From assembly GCA_948497845.1 (NCBI GenBank), contig CAOOMX010000003.1:1-52839 (forward strand): a DNA stretch of 52,839 nt. Direction: 5' to 3'. The translations under genes and the position numbers were made by a program. Source of the stretch: an uncultured Bacilli bacterium. GTDB lineage: Bacteria; Bacillota_I; Bacilli_A; RF39; UBA660. The notes under the pieces were generated by a model. It was not told where the DNA came from and did not search any database. It saw nothing but the letters and a program-made list of their open reading frames with translations. Positions 25,635 to 33,588 of this stretch are shown in pieces. How positions within the stretch are numbered: position 1 is the stretch's first letter; the number at the start of each line of letters is the position of its first letter.

Positions 25635-25730
25635 GGAAAGTGGTGTTGCCTGTGTGAAAGGCAAAGTTAAATGGTTCAATAGTTAAGTAACAACTTAACT
25701 ACTAGTAGTATAACATACTTCGACATAATA

Positions 25731-25970
25731 CTACAATAATACTTTTGAATCTTTTTTTAAATCATTAAAAGTACTTAATGCTGATTCTAGGCTACTGCGA
25801 TATTCTGCTCGTGATAAATAACCGTCTGTAAAGATAGCATCACATACAATAAAATGTTCTACATTATTTTCACTATAGACTAAATAACCGTTATCGCATT
25901 TATCTAAAATATGACACGTTCCTAAACCTGCATTTTCGATAACTTCATATTTTTTATAATCTTTTATCAT
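25731..25970 (-). CDS. Hypothetical small protein
   Basis: 79 aa, overlapping the relaxase stop by 4 nt (translational coupling). Confidence 0.45.
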   Translation of the reverse strand: MIKDYKKYEVIENAGLGTCHILDKCDNGYLVYSENNVEHFIVCDAIFTDGYLSRAEYRSSLESALSTFNDLKKDSKVLL

Positions 25971-27415
25971 TTATAAACTCCTTTCTCATTTTCTGAAAGC
26001 ATTTGATAAAATTGCTCGGCAACTTTATCTTGCTGATATTTTAATCTCCCTAAAGCACTTGTTACAGCTTTTTGATAGGAATAATTTTTTTGAAAACTAT
26101 TTTTTAATAAATTTGTTTTTTTATTTTTCTTTTGATTAAGATAAACTAAAAGCACAGCCTCGTTCATAATATCATTTATGGAAATCGCTGATTTGGAAGT
26201 AAAGCGATTATTATAAACGTATAATGAATTATTGACGATAGCATTTAAAACATAATTGTCATATTTTTCTAATTTATCTTGAACTAGCTTACTGTCTTTT
26301 GCATCTTCAAATCCTACATTACTAATATGATTTTCAATATCTATATTCTTAAAGATAGTATTGATTTCTTCGATGCTTTTATCTATTTCTTTTTTTGATA
26401 AATTGATTTCTTTAGAAGAAAGAATATTTTTCTTTATGTCCTGTGTAAGCAATCTAATTTCTTTACCTATATGATTTTTTGGAAGAGAATTATATTTGAT
26501 ATGTTTAGAATTTTGTCTTACCTGATTTAATAAATAACCTAATCTTAATATTTTGTATTCTAAATCTATATTTTTAATATTCTTTAAAGTAAAACTTCTT
26601 TCTTTTGGATTGAAAAACTTTTTATATTCTTCCAAACTTTGATTTAATTTTATAAGAGATGGAGTAAATACCTTTGCCCTCTCAATAGAGAGGATAGATT
26701 GACGTTTCATAAAATTTAATTCTTCCTCATTAAGATTTAATCGTTGTTTGAAGTGAAGTTTATTATCTGTAGTACGATACGATTCTTTTTTTTCAATAAA
26801 ACCGATATGGAAATGATAATTATTTCTATCTACAGCCGAGTGAAGAGCTACTACCCAATCCATTGTTTGATTTGGATTTTCATAGCCACACCTTTTTAAA
26901 AACATAGGCATTATTTTTGTAGCAAGTTCTTTTTGTAATTCATCAATACCAATATTCTGATCGACATAATCTTTATTAAAAGATAAAACGGATAAATGAA
27001 TATTACTTTTATCAAAAAGTTTAGACCAGTAAAAATTTTTTTTACAGGCTTCGGAATCACTAACGTATTTACCTGACTTATCCATCATCATCTTTTCACG
27101 TTTCATTGAATTTAATTCCATGATAGATGATTCTTTTTTACCACCCATCATATAATCAAAAAGGTTAGAATTATTTTCTAAATCTTTCAAAGATATATTG
27201 GCTTTTTCTTCATTACGAGAATAAGTCATATATCCACTTTTTCCAAAAAGATAATCTTTTGCTTGACGAGAATAATCTTCTTTGTTCTTACATTGTTTGA
27301 AAATTCTTTTATCTGTTTTTCTATCCTTACCCTTATAAAGTTTATAATCGTTGTCTTTATTATTGACAGCAAAGAAAGGGTTATCAATAAAAACTACTTT
27401 AGGACTACTCATCAT
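25967..27415 (-). CDS. Putative conjugative relaxase (MobL-like)
   Basis: The N-terminus MMSSPKVVFIDNPF...SGYMTYSRNEEKA provides a candidate catalytic Tyr region. A histidine cluster HSAVDRNNYHFH (H-x8-H-x-H) is present. It lies next to the candidate oriT. The family call is from memory of MobL N-termini. Confidence 0.55.
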   Translation of the reverse strand: MMSSPKVVFIDNPFFAVNNKDNDYKLYKGKDRKTDKRIFKQCKNKEDYSRQAKDYLFGKSGYMTYSRNEEKANISLKDLENNSNLFDYMMGGKKESSIMELNSMKREKMMMDKSGKYVSDSEACKKNFYWSKLFDKSNIHLSVLSFNKDYVDQNIGIDELQKELATKIMPMFLKRCGYENPNQTMDWVVALHSAVDRNNYHFHIGFIEKKESYRTTDNKLHFKQRLNLNEEELNFMKRQSILSIERAKVFTPSLIKLNQSLEEYKKFFNPKERSFTLKNIKNIDLEYKILRLGYLLNQVRQNSKHIKYNSLPKNHIGKEIRLLTQDIKKNILSSKEINLSKKEIDKSIEEINTIFKNIDIENHISNVGFEDAKDSKLVQDKLEKYDNYVLNAIVNNSLYVYNNRFTSKSAISINDIMNEAVLLVYLNQKKNKKTNLLKNSFQKNYSYQKAVTSALGRLKYQQDKVAEQFYQMLSENEKGVYK

Positions 27416-27638
27416 TATTCGCCATTTCTAGAACTGATTTTATTTCCTCTAGCAGGGAGATAATCTCTTCCTCTTTAAAGGCTTTGAATTTTAATTCTTC
27501 GTATTTTAAAATACCAAGTTCAAGTAAATATTCTAATGTTTTATATGAATATGGCTGATTGATTTCTGTACCTATTATGTCAATTTTATCATTGATAGAT
27601 TTTTTTAGACGGATACATTTTTTTATAATTCTCTCCAT
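27405..27638 (-). CDS. Hypothetical small protein
   Basis: 77 aa, overlapping the relaxase start. Confidence 0.4.
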   Translation of the reverse strand: MERIIKKCIRLKKSINDKIDIIGTEINQPYSYKTLEYLLELGILKYEELKFKAFKEEEIISLLEEIKSVLEMANNDE

Positions 27639-27641
27639 AAA

Positions 27642-27965
27642 CTAATCCCACATTTTAAATTTATTTTTCTTGATATTATCATAAAATGAATTAAGATATT
27701 TGTCATCTTTAGGATCAATATTTTCACGGAAACCCAAATTAGAAAATGTCTGTTCCTCCAAACTTTTGATTAAAAAAACTGTAGATAATATTTTTTCTAA
27801 TTTATTATCAATATTGCTAATGTTGTAAAAAATTTTCTCATATTCAAAAAACGTTTTTATGATTTCATTGATAGCTTTATTCTTTGTAGTTATCTTATTT
27901 AACTTCATATAACTTTTGATTTTATCTTCTAAATAATCATCGATATTAACTGAACCTCTTGCCAT
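27642..27965 (-). CDS. Possible ribbon-helix-helix relaxosome accessory protein
   Basis: The N-terminus MARGSVNIDDYLEDKIKSYM fits a beta-strand plus helix RHH start. It is the first gene downstream of the candidate oriT. Confidence 0.3.
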   Translation of the reverse strand: MARGSVNIDDYLEDKIKSYMKLNKITTKNKAINEIIKTFFEYEKIFYNISNIDNKLEKILSTVFLIKSLEEQTFSNLGFRENIDPKDDKYLNSFYDNIKKNKFKMWD

Positions 27966-28011
27966 ATTATACCTCTATTTAGGGTGTAGATATGAGAACG
28001 GGATATGATAA

Positions 28012-28088
28012 TTGCCACCTTATAACGTCAAAACCCTTATTTCATAAGGCTTGACGAGGTGGCAAAACAATTTTCGCACTTGCGAAAA
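28012..28088. other. Candidate oriT: 54-nt composite hairpin plus an 18-bp palindrome
   Basis: The hairpin is TTGCCACCT/AGGTGGCAA + CGTCAA/TTGACG + CCTTAT/ATAAGG (28012..28065). The palindrome is TTTTCGCA-CT-TGCGAAAA (28071..28088). Both lie in the 212-bp gap upstream of the relaxase operon. Confidence 0.45.
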
Positions 28089-28177
28089 TGACACCAATTC
28101 CCATAAAAAAGTACACCAAGTATTATATACACCTAGATTTTATAAGGAAAGGGAGAGGTGCAAAAATGGTGCAATTT

Positions 28178-28651
28178 CTAATTATTGCTATTGATAGGCT
28201 TTTTTAAGTCTTTTTCTAATTCAAGACTATTTGAAGATAATTCTTGTGTATTTGTTTCTAATTCTAGCATTTTAGTTTTATAAATTTCATTAGCTTGTTT
28301 GATTTCATTTATTACTAATTCTAATTTATATTGCTTATTAAAATAATTTTTTTTAGTTAAATAAGATTCGTCTTTCATTGATGAATTATTATTGACTTTA
28401 TAAATAAAAGCACCATAATAATTATGCTCGTTATAATAGATTAAACTTACATCTCTTGCTTTGTTTTTATATTTTAAATTATAAAACTTGATCTTGTCGA
28501 TATTATTATTATCTAGCAATTCAATGTCAAAATCAATTCCATATTTTTGTTTTATATTTTCTAATTTTCTTTTAAATTCTAATTTCAAATCATCTTGTTT
28601 TTTGATTTTTTCTTTTAACTTCTTATCACTTGTTATACTCAAAAGCATCAC
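28178..28651 (-). CDS. Hypothetical coiled-coil protein
   Basis: Tracked 157-aa Lys/Glu-rich ORF. Confidence 0.4.
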   Translation of the reverse strand: MMLLSITSDKKLKEKIKKQDDLKLEFKRKLENIKQKYGIDFDIELLDNNNIDKIKFYNLKYKNKARDVSLIYYNEHNYYGAFIYKVNNNSSMKDESYLTKKNYFNKQYKLELVINEIKQANEIYKTKMLELETNTQELSSNSLELEKDLKKPINSNN

Positions 28652-29612
28652 TCCTTTTTAACATAGTTTGATAGCAAATATATTGATATTGTTCATAAAA
28701 ATAATGAAGAGTTTTGACAAACCTTTCTTTATCTTCTGAACAAAAAACTTTATTTATATCTTTATATTTTCCGTCATCGATTGTACTTATTAAGTCATTA
28801 CAAAAAGATGGAATATTCAATTTATCAAGTTCGTCTTTTAATTCTTGCTGTGCTTTTCTTCCTGCACTATCATTGTCTAAAGCTAATATAAAACATCCTT
28901 TATAATCATAATCTTTACATAAGGAGAGTAGCCTACTTGTATTTGTTGTTCCATTAAGACTTACTGTTTGAATTTCGGGTATTACTGATTCTAAACTCAA
29001 ACTATCAATGATACTCTCTGTAACATATATTATAGAATTATTATCACTATATTTGATAAGATTTTCATTGAAAAGATAACTTGTTCCTTTTGATTTATAT
29101 TTTCCATTGGAAGTAGTAGAACGTGCAAAGTAGCTATGATCGTTCAATGGAAAGACTACAAGCTGTCTTTTATCATCGTAGCCAATTCGATATTTAACGA
29201 GGAGATTATCTTTAATTCCACGTCCTGCAAGATAATGACATTGTGTAGTTTTTTTTAAGCAATTATTAAAATATTTTGTAAAATCTTTTTCGATATAATC
29301 AACTTCTTTAACTGTAGTTATTGGAACAATTTTATCAAGCTCGTTAAAAATTTCTGCCAATTTGTTATGCTTTTCACGAAAGTTAGTAATACCGAATTGT
29401 ATTTCTATCAAGTCGTAAATATCATACCAAACATTACACGAAAAACATTTGCACTTGTTATGACGGGGAGAATAAGACATACTAGGATTATTATCGGGAT
29501 GGTTAGGATTAAGACAATGGAAATTATTTTTTAAATTGTTTATACCACAATAAGCTGTAAGATATTGAGGTAAGTAACTTTTGAATTTTTGTATTTCTGA
29601 TTCTTCAATCAT
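28626..29612 (-). CDS. DNA primase (CHC2 zinc finger + Toprim)
   Basis: Zinc finger FHCLNPNHPDNNPSMSY...KCKCFSCNVWYDIYDLI. Toprim acidic motifs YVTESIIDSLSLE and ALDNDSAGRKA. Confidence 0.75.
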   Translation of the reverse strand: MIEESEIQKFKSYLPQYLTAYCGINNLKNNFHCLNPNHPDNNPSMSYSPRHNKCKCFSCNVWYDIYDLIEIQFGITNFREKHNKLAEIFNELDKIVPITTVKEVDYIEKDFTKYFNNCLKKTTQCHYLAGRGIKDNLLVKYRIGYDDKRQLVVFPLNDHSYFARSTTSNGKYKSKGTSYLFNENLIKYSDNNSIIYVTESIIDSLSLESVIPEIQTVSLNGTTNTSRLLSLCKDYDYKGCFILALDNDSAGRKAQQELKDELDKLNIPSFCNDLISTIDDGKYKDINKVFCSEDKERFVKTLHYFYEQYQYICYQTMLKRSDAFEYNK

Positions 29613-29614
29613 TT

Positions 29615-30202
29615 TTATTCCAATTCATAACTGCTACTCAAGTCTTTACCTAATGTGTCAAATTCTAAAATATTACAGCCAGTTTGTTCACTTAACTTTA
29701 AATCATGTTCTTTATATACGTTGTAGTTATCATAAACATATTTTTTTGCTTCCTGTAATGTTCCAAAACTTTTAAAGAACGTGTTATCTCTATGCACAGA
29801 AATGTAATTGCTATTATCGAACCAAAACAATTTAAAATTAAATTCTAAATTAGCTTTATCTTTCAATGAATAAATACAGTTTGTTTTTTGAAAATCTTTT
29901 AGATTACCATCATAAGTAATACAAAAGTCATCAGTTATACAATTTAGAATTAAATCTTTTTGATTTTTTAAATCATTACTTATTAAAGTATAACCACCTT
30001 CGCCAAAATCAAAACTAGTAACATTATTATCAGTATATATCAATTTCATTGTATGATTTTTGCCTTTTGAAAGATAAATAAAATCTAGTGTTGGATCTAA
30101 TCCCAATGAGATTAACTCAACTTTTTTATTTTCTTTTACTTTTAGTAGAATAGACGAATTATTATTTTCTTGTATCTCAACTATATCGCATAATTTTATC
30201 AT
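29615..30202 (-). CDS. Hypothetical protein
   Basis: Tracked 195-aa ORF. Confidence 0.4.
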   Translation of the reverse strand: MIKLCDIVEIQENNNSSILLKVKENKKVELISLGLDPTLDFIYLSKGKNHTMKLIYTDNNVTSFDFGEGGYTLISNDLKNQKDLILNCITDDFCITYDGNLKDFQKTNCIYSLKDKANLEFNFKLFWFDNSNYISVHRDNTFFKSFGTLQEAKKYVYDNYNVYKEHDLKLSEQTGCNILEFDTLGKDLSSSYELE

Positions 30203-30465
30203 ACTTTATTTTCCTTTTTTTGATTATTTTGATTAAAAGAAAATATGGAGTTAATTTCATCAATAAAAAATTGATTTGATATAATTTTAGCTTTAAGTAA
30301 AGCCTTTAAAAGTGAATCTGTTGTTTTCTTGATTTTTTCTTGCAATTTATGATTTTCTTTTTCTAATTCTTTGATTTTAGTTAAAAGACTATTTCTTTCT
30401 TTTTCATAATCGTTTAATTTTGTACTAATCATTTGAAATTCTGAAATAAATTTATTCGTATTCAA
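30199..30465 (-). CDS. Hypothetical coiled-coil protein
   Basis: Tracked 88-aa ORF with a 4-nt overlap to the downstream gene. Confidence 0.4.
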   Translation of the reverse strand: MNTNKFISEFQMISTKLNDYEKERNSLLTKIKELEKENHKLQEKIKKTTDSLLKALLKAKIISNQFFIDEINSIFSFNQNNQKKENKV

Positions 30466-30925
30466 AACCTAATTCCTCCTTTTCATTTTCTAATTGTATT
30501 ATTTTTTCTTTTGCTAGGTTTAAGCCATTTTTTAAGGCTGGACTATTTTCTATATCTTGACTTGTGTAACCAAGTTCCTCAATAACTCTTGTTAAATCTC
30601 TGTCATAGCCAAACTCATGATTGTTAAGTTCAGTAAAGAACATATCATAAATAAAGCCTGTACCAGTTTTATCATTTTTTATTAAAGTAGCTTTTTCTTG
30701 CTGATGACTAATAAGCATATCTCCCCAAGATTTGAGATTTTCTTTTGCCATGCAAACACCATTTTTTAGTAGCACAAGTTTGTCCTGATCCTTTTCTGTA
30801 AGTCCTATTTTTTTAAGTCCATTTTTTAACTGTTCTTTCTTTAGAGCAACAAAAAAAGGAAAATTATCTAAATCTTTTTGATGACGTTTTTTCATTTCTT
30901 TATACTGATTCAATATATCCAACAC
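30452..30925 (-). CDS. Hypothetical protein
   Basis: Tracked 157-aa ORF. Confidence 0.4.
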   Translation of the reverse strand: MLDILNQYKEMKKRHQKDLDNFPFFVALKKEQLKNGLKKIGLTEKDQDKLVLLKNGVCMAKENLKSWGDMLISHQQEKATLIKNDKTGTGFIYDMFFTELNNHEFGYDRDLTRVIEELGYTSQDIENSPALKNGLNLAKEKIIQLENEKEELGFEYE

Positions 30926-30931
30926 CTTTCT

Positions 30932-31597
30932 TTATTTTTGTGATTCATATTCATTACTATTAGAAGAGTATTCCCTTAATAGATAAAGTTTATCTTCTTG
31001 TAATATTTCGCATATATCATCAGAACGAATTTTCTCTAAATCGTCCAATGAAAGAAATTCTTTAATATAAACTGCTCTTGTTAATTCTTCTGCCAAATAC
31101 ATAGGGTTTAAATAATTGGTATTATTTCTATAACAAATTTTCATAAGCCTGCCTAAATCTTCAACAGGTATGTCATTTTTCGTATTTTTAATTCCTAAAT
31201 AAAAACCAAAGTCATCATAGTTAAAATCTTCGGGAACACTTTTACTAACTTCTTGATATTTTTTTAAATTTTCAAGTATTTCTAATCTTTTATCCATTAT
31301 GTTAGTTTTTATAAGTGTTCTTCTAATTTCCTTTTCCATATACTCAAAAGGATTGAAATTTTTGGGATCAACTCCATCCCCATAATAGTGTGAGAGAGGA
31401 AACAAATCATAACTTTTATCTCGAGTAACACGATATTCGTTAGTGTTTAAATCATATAACATATATTCTTTGCCATCAGGAGCATTTAAACAACCCGATC
31501 CATCAGCATATTTCTCCCAGTACCAACCATCAGGAAGTAGTTTTGCTTTTTCACGTTTCACATTTGAAAAGCAAAAATCTTCGTTATAACTGCTCAT
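30932..31597 (-). CDS. Hypothetical protein
   Basis: Tracked 221-aa ORF. Confidence 0.4.
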   Translation of the reverse strand: MSSYNEDFCFSNVKREKAKLLPDGWYWEKYADGSGCLNAPDGKEYMLYDLNTNEYRVTRDKSYDLFPLSHYYGDGVDPKNFNPFEYMEKEIRRTLIKTNIMDKRLEILENLKKYQEVSKSVPEDFNYDDFGFYLGIKNTKNDIPVEDLGRLMKICYRNNTNYLNPMYLAEELTRAVYIKEFLSLDDLEKIRSDDICEILQEDKLYLLREYSSNSNEYESQK

Positions 31598-31599
31598 TA

Positions 31600-31878
31600 C
31601 TATTTATCTCCATATCTCAAACGGAATACTAGTTCAAAGTACCCTGCTAGGGTAAGCATACGAACTAAATCTAATTTCAAAATAGAAGAAAGTCTTACTA
31701 AATTGTTTGGATTGATATTGATTATTTCGGCTCTTTCTATTTTATGGATGGTTCTATAATTGATATTAGATAAAACAGCCAAAGAACGTAAAGACATATT
31801 ATTTTCTATACGAGCATCTTTGATATATTTGCCTAAACGAATAAGATTTTGTTCTGCGATAGAGTTAAGCGACTTCAA
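31600..31878 (-). CDS. XRE-family helix-turn-helix regulator
   Basis: LGKYIKDARIENNMSLRSLAVLSNINYRTIHKIERAE is a typical HTH_XRE pattern. Confidence 0.65.
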   Translation of the reverse strand: MKSLNSIAEQNLIRLGKYIKDARIENNMSLRSLAVLSNINYRTIHKIERAEIININPNNLVRLSSILKLDLVRMLTLAGYFELVFRLRYGDK

Positions 31879-32551
31879 GACCGTTTTCCTTTTCTACAGT
31901 TGGTATATGATGTAGTATTTCTTCGACATGGTAAAACTTATATATATCGTTGATGGAATCGCCAATAAGGAAATATTTATTATCACTATTATATATTTGT
32001 AAGGCATCATCACATTTCATATAGTTATCTAACCGATAGTATTTTTCAAAGTTATCTTTATCAGGTCGAACATAACGAAAACATTTGTCATTTTCCATTA
32101 AGAAAATAATGTATTTTGAAATATAGCCATTATCCCACAATTCTTTACCACGTTGATATAATTTTTTAAAATTTTCCTCTGATAAATCGAGAGTGATAGC
32201 CTCACACTTATTATTTTCATTTACACCCTCTAACGTTATAGCAACTAAATTCATAGAGTTAGTTGGAATAACACGATCTTTATCATTGATATATAAGTTT
32301 AATTTATCTAAAAATTTTGTTTGTCTATGTTCAGTAATATTGATAATTTCATCAGGAAACATACAGGAATTACACTTATTACATTTATCTACTTCGGGAA
32401 CATCACTATCGTAAAATTTCTCAAAGTATTTTCGTGATAATTTATTAGAATTAGAAAAATTATCAATTCTTTTATATTCATTATCACAATGTTCGCATTT
32501 TTCATTGATTTTTACAGAATAAAAATAATTATTTAAAGTGTTTTCTTTTAT
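31865..32551 (-). CDS. Hypothetical protein with an N-terminal Cys-rich (zinc-ribbon-like) extension; ATA/ATT start
   Basis: The tracked start is ATG 32362, but the frame is open for 63 more codons (…KCEHCDNEYKR…DKCNKCNSC…). AAGGAGG (32560..32566) lies 5 nt before ATT 32554 and 8 nt before ATA 32551. Confidence 0.5.
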   Translation of the reverse strand: MKENTLNNYFYSVKINEKCEHCDNEYKRIDNFSNSNKLSRKYFEKFYDSDVPEVDKCNKCNSCMFPDEIINITEHRQTKFLDKLNLYINDKDRVIPTNSMNLVAITLEGVNENNKCEAITLDLSEENFKKLYQRGKELWDNGYISKYIIFLMENDKCFRYVRPDKDNFEKYYRLDNYMKCDDALQIYNSDNKYFLIGDSINDIYKFYHVEEILHHIPTVEKENGLEVA

Positions 32552-32571
32552 AATATCTACCTCCTTAATTT

Positions 32572-33588
32572 TTAATCTTGATAAAGTGTGTTTTCACTAA
32601 AATTGATAAAATAAAAAGCATCCAAACGGATACCTGATTCTGTATTTAACCCTAAATGTAAATGATTTCCTGTACTTTGACCTGTAGTACCAACTTTCGC
32701 TATTAACTGACCTTTATTAACCGTATTTCCTACAATCATTTTAGAAGTATAACTATTAGGAAATAAGTGAGCATAAGTAACAATATCATTTGTACCATCA
32801 CACTTAATTTTTATAATATTACCTGTTTTATTTTTCGGCTCGGATTGTTGATTAAATGGTATATTCTCATTTTGAGTGAAAGTAACTGAATCAATGACAC
32901 CATCACAAATAGAATAGACATTTGTTTCAGCACTTGCACCTAAATCCCAACCACTATGGAAATTTACATTTGCTTGTTCAGAACTTGATAATCCTAAATC
33001 AACATTTCTTTTCTCATTTACCATAGAGGTAATACCTGAAACTGTTTCTTTTTTTAAAGGGGAAACATACGGAAGATTATAGTATGAATTGGTATATATT
33101 AAATTATGTTCTGTAACATAGCTTTCGCTACATAAGTCAACCATACTAGAATTATACTCTAAATTATATGATGGCTTTCCTAGACTGCTGTAAGTAGGAA
33201 ATTTTTTTATATATTGACACATCTCACTTGTAGGGATCATTTGCTTTTCTTCAAAGTTAATATTTTTGATATAGGCATCTTCCCATTTTTCAAATGGTAA
33301 ATCATTGGGATTAGTAATATTGTTAGTTTCCTGTAAATACCATACTATACGTTCCATACTGACATATCCATAGTCAAAAAGATACTTATTTAATAAACTT
33401 CTATAGGTATCGGCATACAAGTCATTATTTTCTAAATAGCTTTGTTTTCGTAATCCCTCATAATTTTTAGCATCTATCTCACTTCCTACAGAGAAACCTA
33501 AAACTGCTAAAACAGATATAACAAGAAAAAAGAAAGCAAAAAGGAAAAAGAAGATAGCAACTAATTTAATTATTAGAAACTTTTTCAT
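32572..33588 (-). CDS. M23/LytM-family peptidoglycan hydrolase, membrane anchored
   Basis: N-terminal TM helix. M23 motifs HSGWDLGA and GTTGQSTGNHLHLGL. Confidence 0.75.
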   Translation of the reverse strand: MKKFLIIKLVAIFFFLFAFFFLVISVLAVLGFSVGSEIDAKNYEGLRKQSYLENNDLYADTYRSLLNKYLFDYGYVSMERIVWYLQETNNITNPNDLPFEKWEDAYIKNINFEEKQMIPTSEMCQYIKKFPTYSSLGKPSYNLEYNSSMVDLCSESYVTEHNLIYTNSYYNLPYVSPLKKETVSGITSMVNEKRNVDLGLSSSEQANVNFHSGWDLGASAETNVYSICDGVIDSVTFTQNENIPFNQQSEPKNKTGNIIKIKCDGTNDIVTYAHLFPNSYTSKMIVGNTVNKGQLIAKVGTTGQSTGNHLHLGLNTESGIRLDAFYFINFSENTLYQD

